Positions 24,401 to 38,900 of a stretch of 64,000 bases of DNA are shown here, piece after piece (the stretch's first letter is position 1; each line of letters begins with the position of its first letter). The stretch comes from Mytilus trossulus (taxonomy: Eukaryota), in the NCBI RefSeq assembly GCF_036588685.1, contig NC_086374.1, forward strand, positions 60,884,001 through 60,948,000, written 5' to 3'. Under the pieces are notes generated by a model. The model searched no databases and was not told the origin of the DNA. It saw nothing but the letters and a program-made list of their open reading frames with translations. Both the position numbers and the translations under genes were made by a program.

Positions 24401-27400
24401 TACAAAGAAATCACGGGAAGAAAAACAGACTATACTATATAAAAAATTATTAAAAAAAAACCCAAAAAAACATTATTTAAAAAAAAAAAAAAAAAACATT
24501 ATTTAAAAAAAAAGAACCTAGAAACATGACCCCCACTAAAAAAATAAATAATGTAGACGGAAAGCACAAAAGATATTGATCGTGACTTTTAATGACAAAT
24601 TTTCGATGGGTCAGGCCATACTGGTACTCTCCAATATCTTATGTTGGTTGCATGAAATGACGAAGAAACTATATTTGGTTATCAGATGTGAGTGTATATA
24701 ATGTATAAGGTGAAAAACAGAGTTTCAAGTTCCTTACACGATCTCATCAATCTGAAGAGACAAAAAGGAAGATATTCGATCAGTTATATATTGTAAGACA
24801 TTGTTTTAATTAAAACCTACTAAACATTGTGTTGCATATGAAAAATACAGCTACTTTATACATTTACCTGAATATCCAACGAACTGACTTCCACAGGCAG
24901 TATTATTTAGAGTAATAATAGTTGTATTAGAACATCCTTCCCAGAAAGCAGATACCCCACATTGCGATGAATCGGTTCCAAAGTTCATGGTATAAGTAAA
25001 ATCACCAAGCAAAGGTACAGGAACAGCGCTTAATCCTTCCTTTGCAGAAGCTGTATAATATATAAATAAATAGTACTTCAGGCATACGCACACATTTTAA
25101 CAATTAAAGTATTATTTTATCATATATTTAAAAAAATCATTTTGATATGACGCTTTTGTAGTTCCTATTGACTATTACTGTAGTAGTCTGCTGCTAGGAT
25201 TTTCTCCGTCGTTGAAACAACGTACTGATAATTTTAATAATTGAATATTAATCATAGCTTAATGTTGACCTTAGATGGATTTCGCTCTTCTTTTATGTCT
25301 CTTCCGGTCTTATAGACCTTCAAATGTTTGAGTAGCTATGCATGTTTGGCTTTAAATGTTTTGGGCGTGAAGTTCTGTATAAAGGTAAATACAAAAAAAT
25401 CGCTTTTGAACAAAATTGTATGTTTTTTTCAAATTGAAAGAAATCATTAGTGCATAAGATTGAGAGAGTTTCGTGTCCTTTTTTGTGATTTTGTTCTAAA
25501 TGGAAATGCCGTTCTTAGTCGGGTTTTCAGTCGAAATGATCCAGAAAACCTAGAAATATACTGATTCAGTATGATGAACGTTCGACATAGTATTCTAGTC
25601 TTATTTGTTCAATGCAATTGGAAATATTTAGCATTGATTATCGTTATGCGTATGAAATATTTGGAAAAGAATAGTCTTGTTATGTTTATATGAGTTAAGT
25701 TCTAAACAACTCACCAGGATTTACAAGCATATGGAATTCACCGACGCCTGGTGAAGTATTACACACATCTGCTTCTGTTACAGTTGTAACCGTTGTTGCA
25801 ACGGGGACTACATCGCCAAAATTTAAATTGTCTTGATCACCTGAAATGATATGTCAACGACTTAATCTATATGTATTTTTAACGAACATGTCTTTTATCT
25901 ATTTAAAAATACACGAACATTTTTCAAAGATAACAGTCTTATAATTGATGAGCCAGATGCGCGTTAAGTATATGTCAGACCCGTTAGTAGCACATGAATC
26001 AATACAGAAGAAAGGCCGAATCAAACGCGAAGTTGAAGATCATTAAAAGCAGATACATGTAAATCCCAAAACGGTGACAAAATAGGAGTGTATTCTTATA
26101 TCAATTGGAAGCTTTTAAGAACAAAAATCACTTACTTGATCTGAGGTAATAATAAAATGATGAAGTTGTTAATGATTTTATTTCGAAGCATATCCATACA
26201 TTAACAGTGAAACCACCAAGAATACCTAGCGTGACAGCCTCAACGCTTCTGAAAAATAAAATAAATAGCAGGCATTTATAGGATGCATATCTCTTTGATT
26301 TCAGGTACAGATCCACAAACGTAACGTCTTCAAATAGCTAAAATCATATACGACGTCGGCTTTCCACCCCAGAAAACGTAAGCGTAACAAACACACTGGA
26401 CACGTAGTTTATCACATAATTTTAAAAATAAACGTTCAGCAGGTTTAATTTTTTCCGAACAACAAAGTACAGCAAATGCACATTCTGAAAATCTAAGAAA
26501 ATACATGCTAAGAGCGGTGTAAAAGAAATAAAAAGCGACTATGTCGTAGACCCTTTTCATAAAATAGCGTTAAAACGTCAATTCTTTAAACTGTAACATA
26601 ATCGCTGGACATTTAAAAAAATCAGATGTTCGGCCTTGACTATCGAATCATTCATATTTTGAAGAGTTTTCAAAACCTCTTGTTATGCACATTTGGAATA
26701 TCGAGTCATTTCGAAATAATTTTTTTTAGCAAGTACATATTTATTCACCGATTCTTCCATTTGCTAATATTAATCCTTCCAAATTACTACTTCTTACATA
26801 TAACTAACTAAATTCCAAAGTCAATCACAATGGCCGATTTTGATTTTTTTTAGATGAGGATCGTATGATGTCATAGTCCGAATACGGAAAAAAATATTGT
26901 ATGAAAATGCAGGAATATACGTTGAATTTGTACAAAATTCAGGTCAAAAACTATACTTTATTATTATTTAATGTTACAAGTTACACATATTTTTGCCGTT
27001 TTTTTCATGTTCGTTTCATTCTTTAGAGATTTAATTTTAATAACCTTATTAATTATGTGGATTTGTATAGCTGGCTCTAAACATTTTATCATAAAAAAAA
27101 CTTCCTATTTAAAATATTTGTTTAACACGTTTGTATAAAGCTACTTTTAAAAGCGTATTTTACAGTGGCCGTCAACTCTGTGCACGTCGTCAATATACAT
27201 TCATTGCATTGTCGAAGACCGTGTTTTGGTATCTTAATGTCATTTCTATGTTTGATGAGATTTTCCTTTGCCCTGTATTCCTCATCGTCCTATATCCATA
27301 TTCTTCAAAATAAAATTCATTTGTAACAAACAAACAAAAATAGAATCGTACAAATATGCCATTAAAATGATAAAATATATTATTAACTCATCAAAGATTC

Positions 27401-28669
27401 CAGCCTTATAATGTATGACAGGCGATACATCTACAAAAGACTCAATAAAGAAGCGGAATTTCAAGGATGAGAGAAATATTAAATAAACTTCAATGAGATT
27501 TAGAAGGCTAATAGCACTCCCCCCCCAAAAAAAACCCCAACTAAATTAAAAAAAGCACAATACATCAAAATCCAAAACACAAAACAAGACAAAAATAAAA
27601 ATAATAGCAAACCATTAAACATCAAAAACAAAACATAACAAAAACCACACTATGTACATACATGCAAAGTAACTGTAAGACATTACTGTTCATACATGTA
27701 CAAACACTATGACCTTGTTATATATATATATATACTTACTTTGATACATACATATCTCCATTATTTAGTTGACAAGTAAAGTTTGTATTTGTGAAACCAG
27801 TAACGAATTTTTTCGTCTCCATGTTCATAGAAGAATCTGTAAAGGCGATAGTACCATAAACGCTGTCGTACCATGTTCCTCGTAAGTCACTTGGGTAAGT
27901 ACATAGTCCACCTAAAAACATATAGAAAGGTAAAATAACGTGTCTTTCGCCAAGTAATCAACTTCCAATGAAATGTTTGACAATTGGTTATCTGAACTAG
28001 CTAGGAGTTTAATGAGAGGAAAACATGTCAAAGATTTTTCAATTTGATGTTAAAAGTAGATTTTTATATAGATTTAAGTGGCATGTTTATGACTTTCGAA
28101 CAGTGGTATACTACTGTTGACTTAATGTGTACTGTTGTTTATTGCGGTATGTTATATTTGTTTTTCGTTAGTCCTTAGGTCATTAATAAGACCGTTGTTT
28201 CTATTGTTTTGTTCATGTCGAGTCCTTTTTAAAGCTGCTTATACGGTATGAGTGTTGCTCAATGTTAACGTCTTTTCGGTGACTTATAGTTGCTAACCTC
28301 AACGTAATTTTTGTCTCTGATTCAAATTTGTTTTATTTGAAATCAATCAACATCACCTTATTTAAAATATTTATCAATTTTGAATACTGTCCATTCATAA
28401 CAGAAAACATAACTTTCATTGTTTTGTGAGTCGTTAAGGGAGTTTTTTGCTTTTATTAGTGATGTTACATAAGAAGTTATGGTTTTTCTGGTACCAGCGT
28501 CAATCTTGTGATAATTTAATTTGATGCGACATGTCTTTTAAGTTGCAACAGCAAACGAATTATCTGAAACAGCTTATATTTATTATGAAACAAAACATTC
28601 AAAATACTTACAACTTTGATGTATTAACAGGAACAATCCATAAATCAGTCTTACGTCAAGTACCACCAT
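18476..28669 (-). CDS. Gene A: uncharacterised single-pass type-I membrane protein with a Cys-rich ectodomain (619 aa, 10 exons)
   Basis: Exons 28669-28612, 27911-27740, 26248-26136, 25840-25715, 25050-24868, 23130-23006, 22573-22456, 21199-21191, 20529-20380, 19281-18476. All introns are GT-AG, with phases 1,2,1,1,1,0,1,1,1, giving 1860 nt open. Signal peptide MVVLDVRLIYGLFLLIHQSCG; ectodomain LCTYPSDLRGTWYD...RFTCF; TM IAAIFAIVFSLMLIIFLALVIGICCY followed by basic residues. Confidence 0.9.
19744..19790 (+). ncRNA. Solo minimal hammerhead ribozyme in the last intron of gene A (antisense to A)
   Basis: GAGCGTCA CTGATGA GTCT TATGT AGAC GAAA C GCGC GTC^TGGCGTA. Confidence 0.85.
21191..21199 (-). 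CDS. 9-nt microexon of gene A (T-S-C)
   Basis: TATTTTCAG|CATCCTGTG|GTGAGT, phase 1-1, with a CTAAT branch-like motif upstream. Confidence 0.85.
23505..23692 (+). mobile_element. 5'-truncated copy of the tRNA-SINE
   Basis: Similar to the reverse complement of 340-530. Confidence 0.75.
24211..24424. repeat. Perfect 105-bp tandem duplication (intronic)
   Basis: AAAATATCGTAAAATGC...CACGGGAAG starts at 24211 and again at 24316. Confidence 0.9.
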
Positions 28670-29947
28670 TTTGATCCATCAGAAATATTCCAAAGATTAA
28701 AATAACATGTAACATTTTTTCTTCATTTTGATAATTTACAAAAGGATGGTTATTTAAACCTATGGCAAAAACCTGCCATTGAAATTAACAATTTTAGATA
28801 ATTTTTCGCATGTTTTATTGTTTAAACAAAAGACAAGATTTTAAATTTGTAACTTAATATTGCATGTGTTATTTTACCATTGTTCATGTTTAGTATCTAT
28901 GTGTTGATATTAACAACCGGATTAATTACCTACAAATTAAAAGTCGTAAAAATAATTTCATTTTTTAAACACCAAGTATTTAAATATGAATATCATAAAA
29001 GAGAGGTTGTTAAATAGACCAATAGAATGTATATTCATTTCAATTGAAGGGTCGACATTTTGTTTGGCAAAAATGTAGACGAATTTCTAAGGAATATATT
29101 GAAAGATGTGTAAAAATAATTGGATGGCTCGAGTTTTTAATTATTGACACTGTTTGTAACAATTCATCAATGCGATAGCATTTCACAACACATTCAAACC
29201 AAAAACAAACATATGATTTTATTACTCAAACATTGAAAACATTCACTACACTTTAAAAAGTAAAACAAATTTCATTTTGACATTTTTTTATATGAGCGCT
29301 TACTGTTAAGTCCAAAATTGGTGTTTTGTACAAACACTTCTCATCTTCTAGTGCTTAGATGCACCAGACTCTTTCCTTTTATGTACCTCGTCCTTAAAAA
29401 AGAACTTAACTTACGATTTGTAAGTTTCAAATCACTTAGTAAATAAATAAATTTTAATTTGGTAAAATTAAATAGGTAAATTAAAAAGCAAGACCGAACG
29501 GAAAAAGAATGGAAGAAAGAAACTGATAAATAAATAACCATAACAGAAAGAAAGTAAATAAGCAAATTGAAAATATAAATATTTTCAGTATTCACACTTG
29601 TTTCCTATATGAATGTTGTTTTAGTAAGAGCACACTTGTATTACTAAATTAGAATAAAAACATATTGAGAGAGAATATAGATAAATATCATAAGAAAAAA
29701 CAAGGGAAAGTTATGGGACAAACTGTATGGAAACCAATGAAATCTTTAAACATTCGATTAACATCTACACAGTCAAAGCATTTAACGTAAGTCTTATTCC
29801 GTACCCGTGACCCCATGAAATCGTTGAATATCACTTACGTTCCTTTTCGTTTGTGTTAAACAAATAAGCTAAATCATTCAATGAGTTTTATTGTAACACT
29901 AACTTCTAAATAGTAATGGTGGAAAGGACATTATAAACATTACACAA
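28670..29947. promoter_or_regulatory. Candidate bidirectional promoter between head-to-head genes A and B
   Basis: The start codons diverge 1278 bp apart and no obvious TE lies between them. The TSS cannot be determined from sequence. Confidence 0.5.
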
Positions 29948-32900
29948 ATGGATACGAAAGGATGCATTTCATTTTTATCAGAACTTTGGTTTGTTCTACA
30001 CATTCAGTCTGGTAAGTTTCAATTGTGATTCAATACACACCGACTATATGGACTTCTTTATTTTACTTACTCACAATTGACAACCCATTTTTTTTTATAC
30101 TCATACATGTTTTGTAAAAATATTAGATTCAAATTAGAAAATTAATTAAAGGTTACGTAAAGAGAAAAGAAAAATGATTTTATTCCATAGAATTGGGAAA
30201 ATTGAATATATAGAAGTTTTACCAACTTTGTGTTCACTCCCGTTTTGGGCATCGGAATGATTAAAATCTACAGGTTATTACAAAAACTTTTTTTTCATTA
30301 TTATAGTAATTGTCGGATTTTAATTTTGTTCTTCCTAGATTGTTGCGATCAAACTGTATATTCACATATACATGTGTGATAGTTGTTGTTTATACACTAT
30401 TGTTCCAAAATGTTTCCTGATCAAAGCATACTGTAAGAAGTTTACCAAATATTCAACCATGTAAAAATAGCTTTTAACTTGTATTATTTTAATAAAGGAA
30501 ATAAAACCTTAGTCGAAGTGAATTTATACAATGATGTTATCAAATTTTTCCAATAAACTATATTTTGTACATTGTCATGCGCAACAAGGTTACAGCCATT
30601 ATTTGTGCTCTATTCCGAATCTCATTAGTATTCTTGTATAATTTCTATCTTCTAGTGAGTGCTGATTGCACGTTTGATAGTAGCTTTGTTGGATCATGGA
30701 CGAGTAACGATTACGAGACAATAACCGTCTCTAGTAGCATATTAACATTAGGGAGTCATACATTCAATATAAACGGAAAGACTACATCCGACTGGACGTG
30801 TCATGATAATTCCACAGAGCCGTATGTTATTTTAAGGTATTTATATACTTTTATATAAAATTCAGTTTTTTTTAACTATGTAATGTGACTTTTCATGTGT
30901 ATTATAAGTTAAAGTGCAACATTAAGCTTACTTTGAGTATTTATCACTCTTTCGCAATTAAACATGAGACCCCCCCCCCCCCCCCCCATTATAAACATTT
31001 TTTTAAATTTATTTTCGAATGAAATTGGATACAGCTTCGTATTTTTAAGAAGTGAACGACCCTTTTTCGAGTTTCTTCTTTTTTTTTTTTATATCATAAT
31101 TACATCTTATATATAAGTATCCTCTATTCAGCATAGGTTGATAAAAAGTGAATAGTGCATAGACTTTCTTTTTATTTATATGAAATTCATGTTGGAATAC
31201 AGTTGTTTTTGGAGATAAGTGTCTGTGACACATTCAACTCTTTTATCGAATGAGGTTTATGTGATGTCTGGTATAGCCAAACCCTTATTTTAGACTTGCC
31301 TGATATAAATTTTGGTTGTCATAAAACACCGTTTGTTTGATTGTCAAAAACAATAGAATGATGATGAGTTGTATACTTCTTCAAAATGTTCTAATTATAG
31401 TTTATATAGACTTTGGTAATAAAGATATACATGTTGTGGATAAAATCAATTTTACGCGAGGACAAACCTGAACTGTCTGTTCAGTATTTTTTAAACCTCT
31501 TTAAAGTCGTTCCATCATGCATACGGTTTTTTATCTTTATTTTCAATCTCTTTCATGTCTTCAAAAATAAACAATTACTAGCTTCCATTATCGCGTTATT
31601 TAATTGTCCTACTATTAAACCAATAATTCCTGTACGTAAATTACCTTTCTGGTACACCAAAGTTTGTAGATTTTAATTTATTTATTGGTCTTTTTCTTTA
31701 TGCTGGTTAGCAAAAAAACACAAGCTTGCATCATTTAGAAATTCTACTAAATATAATGACAAAAAAGAAAGCTTCTTACCAATAACTTACACAATTGTAA
31801 AGAAACCCATTTAAATGTTTTACAGGTCTGAAATATTTGAACTATATAAGTCTGAGTCCGTTGCTTATATCTGCATGGAGGCAACAACAGTCAATAATAA
31901 TAGCTATTACTTCTATATGAATTCTCGTAAGTACAAAATAAATAACAAAACATACTACTTATTATTGATTCTTTGATATATTTGTAATTGTAAATTTGAA
32001 ATATTTCTTCTTTTAATTTACTTCGTCTCTTTTTCATGGATAATACCTCATGAAAATTTAAATAAAATGTTAAACGGTTTTCAGTTAGAAGCTTTTATGA
32101 CAAAAAAATAAATAAAAAACGAACATTCAGCAATTATTCAATGTTATAAAATCATATTCGATTATGTTCCAAATCACCAAAAAGTAAAAAAAGACAGGTT
32201 AAAAAAACGTTAACTTATAAATTAAAGAGACATAGACAGAAATTGTTTCATAAATAAATAAAAAAGAGACCAACAAGCATGAAACAATAAAAAGAACAAC
32301 AAGCATGCACAAAAAATGAGAATAACACGGGTGAACAAATAAAGAGAACAACAAACAGGAACAAAAAACTACGAACAAATAAAGAATACAACAAGCATGA
32401 ACAAAAAAAGAACGACAGGCATGAACAAGTAAGACAACAACAAGCATGAAAAAATAAAGGGAACATAAAGAATGCAAAAATAAAGAAACAACATGTACTT
32501 TCCCTCCATTACTAAAATAGTAACAACAATAATGGGGTTAATATTGGTAATCAAACTATATAAAAATGTAATAATTTTGTTTTATCATATTAACTTTTTT
32601 AATGTTGTTGTAGTTCTTTTTTTTCCATTGCAGCAAAAAATATTTTTATAGGTAGTGAACGAATACATATATTTGGAACAGCATCAAATTCAACGGGAAA
32701 TGCAACAGAAATTTGCACAGAAACACCATCAAAGGCAGAATTTATAAGCATTGTCAGGACAGGTAAATATTCATTTTATTATCACAAAAATAAATCTGGC
32801 TTTGATGAACAAAATATATGTTTGTCTACTTTGGAGTATACAGTATGACAAAACATTTTCCAGCGCAATTTTATGTCTCAAGTTATAATATGTAAATTGA

Positions 32901-35900
32901 GTTTTCCTTTAGGATAATACGGAATTTCGGGTCTCCAATGCTCTTTAACTTTTTACTTTTTTGGCTCTATAAATATTTTCATCTGAGCGTCACTGATGAG
33001 TCTTATGTAGACGAAACGCGCGTCTGGCATACTAAATTATAATCCTGGTACCGTTAATAACTGATTAAAAAAGTTGTTGAAAAAAATGAGGTCACGTTTG
33101 TTATGGTAAATTTTCTTCTTTAACATTCAAGAGTCATGTTATAGATAATGCATACTCTAAGGGTATTCTAAGTAAATTATAGTTCGCATGTTTATCAAGG
33201 AATATATTACATCACACTGGTCATTATTTTATGCCTTGGACCATATATCATTGAAACATGGTATCGTCCGGGTAGATTCTTCGAAAGAATGACCTATCGT
33301 TCTAAATGAAAATTACTCCATATAGGTATATAAGTTCTTTGATAGTTTTGAGAATGACAATTTATGTAGTTTCCGTGTAATTATTTATGAACCGTTTGAC
33401 GAATATTGTTCAAGTTAAATTTTACTTGTAACTTGTGACAAAATCGAGGTAAAGAACGACATTGAAATTTTTCATTTTTGCGGTTCACGATTTATTGCCC
33501 ATGATAGATTATAAAATATGCACAGAAAATGGCAGTTCACACATGCATGAAAGCGTCTAAAATACAAAAACACCGATTTTATGTTAATTTCCAAGCTTTT
33601 TTTTGGTAAAATTTGCTTTTGATATACATAAAAATAAAATTGAGAATGGAATCTAGCAGTTTAGCAGATAATACCATTCATGAGAAGACTTTTTATATAT
33701 TGAGTTGTGTAAAATCTTAGTAATAATGATGGAACATTTGGTGATACAACAATACCATTCATCTATTCGCCTGTAAATATCAGTTGAGGTACGTGAACGA
33801 CCCGTTACAAGTACTTCTAGCGTAGTGCACCATTATAACAGGAACAGCTCTTCATACTATTTCGACGAATAGAACATTAGGGAAAACGGTACTATTTATT
33901 CTGCCATAGGCGACAATATTAACATTTTCTGAATTTACCACTTTTTATGATAAAAACCTGGATAAAACAGTTATATCTGAATTTACCACTTTTTATGATA
34001 AAAACCTTGGATAAAACAGTTATATGTGGTGTTAGTACTTTATTATTCTGTTTTAAAACTTAAAGCCAAATAGTAATATGATCAACTTCCAACAGAGCTT
34101 GTTCATGTTATTCATGCCCACCGTCATTTTGCACCAAATTTATCCAATTTTTTCGAATAATTCTCTAGAAAATATTTCAATAGGTTTCAAAATTTATATT
34201 GTAGATATACACACTGCAGTTATTCATAGATAAATAAAAAAATATATTGTACCCTTACATCCAATCACAGCGCTACTAATTTGACTTCCTTCGCTTGCCT
34301 TGGGTACACAAAAGGCCAACCTAATGCTGGGAAAATGTAATAGTACCGTTTTCCCATTAGACCGATGGGACAGTTAAATAAGACGTGATGCATAAGTATA
34401 AAAGGATAATCTTCAATATCTGAATAAAAGAAGCAAAAGAATAAACTTAATAATTTAGTTGCAACAACTTTGTGCAGTAATTTCCTCATACACGTTTTAT
34501 CTAATTGACATTTAAAATATCTTTTTTTTATTCAAAGGTTCAGAGGAAAGTGCTTTAACTGATTGTCCAGATCCACTTTACAGAAATTTTACCTACATTT
34601 TCAACACTGGTGGAACAGATATATGTTCTTCGCCGAACAACGGATTTGTTTCAGTTTGTCCTAGCAGACAAGAGTTGAACTTTGACTACGACAAATGTGC
34701 CAATAAAATAGCGTATACGAGTATGTGTTAGAATTATAATATAGATATAAACAAAATAAAATAATGAGATGTGGGTTAAACGTCGATGAGGCAACAACAC
34801 AACACATTGAAAAAATCAATTCATCTCGCGTTATGTCAGGCGCTTGCATAAATATTTAGCTACATTTGTGATATTTACAAAACTTAGCTTTCTCTGGTTC
34901 TTATCTGTTGACAAACTAATTAAATGCAATAAGAAATATGTAAAAATTTAGTTTTAATTGCACCCAATGAAGGATGGATATTTACGGCGATGCCATTTTT
35001 TTTTAATGTTACATCTGTTATGAATGAATGTTTTGGGCTTTGAAACGAATTTGGATCCAGTATTGTCTTGATCCCTTCTTTTGCTTGATAAAATAATTAT
35101 ATATCAACCAATAAAAAAAAGATGGTGCTCACTTTGATGTAAAAAAGGGTAAAATCAAGATATCAAGACAACTTCAATATCTTTACCTTTATCGACAATG
35201 ACATAGATCACAGGATAAGCTACAAAACGTCCAATGTACATGACAATTAATGTGAAAAACATAAAATATGGAGACAAACAAATACATTATTTAGATCAAC
35301 AAATGAAAGCGATATAAAACATAAACGTCTAGGACAAGATCTTGCATAGTTGAATCATGTTTTCATAATAAATCTTCTTATCTTTATGCAGCATTTGGAA
35401 GACTTGGTTGTGTTGCGTCTATCGTTGACGATTCATCAGGAACATACTATGCGTCTTTGTATAATTTTGACGATACAGTTAATCGACTGTCAACATTCAG
35501 ATTCACTTGTGTGGTAAGCTCATCAATAGCCACACTACAGTTAGTGTGTATATAATGTGAACTGAGTTAACATATTAAGGGCAGCAGTGAATAAAAAAAA
35601 AAAGAAGATATTATAGTACATTAATAAGACAAAAAAATCCAACAATAACAACAAACAGCACAAACCTTTAAGATTAAATTCTCCAGTTAAAGAAAAATTT
35701 GAACGCTTGGTGATCATTTTCTAACACAAAATAATGAAATTTGCAAATATTGAAAAATATCACAAAACTTCTTTTAATTTTTATTTAGTATTCCAACAAT
35801 AATTTTAGCAGTTATTCATATTCTGACTATGATGCATTAGATGAACAAAATCTTAACCCCACTAAAATGATAGTAAATTTGTTGTTCTATTTTTAGGCAG

Positions 35901-38900
35901 TCCAAAATGCAGCCTCGGGAGATATTCAGGTGACCTATACACAGGGTGGTCAATGTGTTGCTGATCAGACATACAACACCAAACCCGCATCTGGAGGACT
36001 AATTACACTGACCCCTAATGGTATTTAATGAATTAAAATGTGTGATATACATATATTTATTAAAAATCTTTGTTCTGGTATGATCATGTATACACAGCGA
36101 ATTCTTGTTACAATAAATGTAATTATCATTCTCTTTTTCCAAAATGACTTTCTTCGGGGCGGTATGAGATTGCTTAAATATTTAGTTATATAGATGGGTT
36201 GCTTTAAAATGTCATGGGTTAAGAAAACGATAGAACGTATTTTTGTTCGTCATACTAATTCATATTTAAAACAATTTCAGGTACATGTGGTATGTATGGA
36301 TAAAGTTAATCAAATTGGCTTGAGAACCATTGCAGCCATAAACACTTAAAAAAGGCAACTACACCAACATAATTCATGATACATAAACATATTCATAATA
36401 GGAGACAATAACGAAAAGAAGAAATGGAATTATATAAGAAACCTTCAAATAATTAATTATCAATCGTTCCTGTGATTTTGGCAAAATGAAACAGTTTATT
36501 TTTTGATTTAGAGACTATTTTTTTTACAGAGAATATAACAAATACGCCATCAACACGACACACGCACTAATTTAAAAAAAAATGATAGTACATCCTATTA
36601 CACTGACCCCTAATGGTCTTTATCTTTATCTTTGTTTTTTGTGCATGGTTGTGGATTATCCTCTTTATATACTTGTATTCACAATCGATGTATTCAACTT
36701 AATGTATAGTAAAGCTTACACTAGAAAAGTAATACACTCTGCAACTGGCGTAAGTTGTAAACTATTCTTCCAAAATCAGGAAAAAGCTTTGCTAACGGAA
36801 CTTTGTAATTACCAACCTTTGTTTCCATTTTATTTGTTTTCTATAACCAGCGTAGAATTAACATAACCGCCACATGTTATCTGAGAAGAGGATAACTATC
36901 GCAATATATATATTGTCTCAGATGTTGTTATATTTTGAATCTAAGATAACGAGGCAAGTTTTCTACACCGATTGCCATTATCAAAAAAAAACAACACTCG
37001 ATCAATATTTTCTCCAACTAAAAACAAAGGTTTAAGCATTAATCTCTTTTTGAAATCACACTTTTTGATTTAAAGTTTATTCATTCAACAGAATATCATT
37101 ACGAAACATATCACTGTTTCACTTTTATGAATCCAACCTCTTATATAATGTATAAACCAAAGAAAAGTGCTGTTCTAGAACTTAAATGATTGACAATATA
37201 ACTATACACCACATAAAAATATGATACAATGTATTTGTTTAAGTAAAAATGTTCACCACAGAAATTTCTTTTCATTTGTCAATATTCTTTAAATCATTTG
37301 GACAGAAATAACAACCACATCAACATCAACGACAACTACAACAACAACAACGACTACTCCGACAACAACACCGGAAGTAACTACGATAGAAACTACGACT
37401 AACACAACAGAGTCAGCTACTATTGATTCCAACGATAGTAATATATGGCCCATTGTTGGCGCCGTATTAGGTGGTTTACTAGTTATTTCATTATTGTTAC
37501 TTATTCTGTATTGTCTTCTGCGGAAAAAGAAAGTGCCTGATGCTAAGGATGACTTGGTAAAAGTTGAAGATGGTTTGGGTAAGTGATAAAATCGTGTCTA
37601 GAACTATTTCCGTAAAATTATAAACAGGTACGTTTTTTTCTCTTGCATGTCGCTAAAAAATTGGAGTTTAAATATTTGAACATGCGTTTAACATGCGTTA
37701 ACATGAATTCGAACGTACCAACTTTACTATAGGTATGTTAGTGTTATAATAAATTGATTTGATTAGACAAAATCGCATCATGCATTTTGTATTATGAAAC
37801 TTACATATTTGTTTTTATTTGGAGACTTTTGTGTGAAAAGCAGATCATTTAGGTTATTCATATCTATTTTTGAAGAGAAGATGTTTTTTTTTATCGGAAT
37901 TGTTGATTACATATCGTGGTCGTTGGAAATGTAATGATAGTTATAAGGAATTTTCTACTGAAAAGAAAAATTGCGGAATATAAAGATAATTAATTAAAAC
38001 TTGAAACTTGAAAAACATAAAACATACATAATCCTGTAAAACTTTTAGAAGAGTGGGCTGGAACCATACCTTTTTCATAACACTTAGATAGAATCGCAGA
38101 TATTTGTGTTATCAAAATCAAACCAACCATTTGATGACCAAGAACAAGATTAAAAAACACAGAAAAACTTTTGATTTTGATTTTTTAATTTTACATATAT
38201 CACTATATCATTTAACTAAGTTTAATTTATTTAGTTTTCAAATATTTCAGACGATGATCCGAGCGATGATGAATCAATACCATCTATTGAATATCCAGAG
38301 ACATGGGACACGCCCACAAAAGATCCCATTGGACCTTTAAGGCGATACGTCACAACAGGTAACACTAGGTTCCATTACATCTTCAAACTGTTTACTCATT
38401 ATTTCATTTAAGATCGTCACTATGACATTTTAATTGAGCACGTATAGTATGGACAACAATAAAAGGCAAATAAAGGCTACAGTAGTACACCAGTTTCAAA
38501 AGTCGTAAATCGATTGAGAGAAAAAAAATCCGGGTTACAAACCAAAACCGACGGAAACACATCAAGTATAAAAGAAAACAAAAGTATAACAGGAACATCG
38601 AAGTGCAACAAAAACAAACGCCAACACACAAACAAACAAAAAACGAACTATCTGATAATAAGTGCCATATGCCTGACCTGGTACAGGACATTTTAAGAAA
38701 CAAAATGATGGGTTGAACCTGGTTTAAAAGCATAGTTGTATTATCTAAATCAAGGACGTTTATCACATCATATATTTGCACAATTGTCTTCCTACTACTC
38801 TGCGTGCGTCTCCTTGACTGAATCGGATAAAATAAAACACAGTTTCTAAAACTGGTTTATTTTTGTATGGAGATATTAGCTATTTGTCATAGTCACGTTA

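Noticed and set aside
32199-32554. Cys/Phe/Leu-rich membrane-protein-like ORFs
   Set aside because: They are the reverse complement of a degenerate AACAAGCATGAACAAA-type low-complexity repeat in an intron of gene B.
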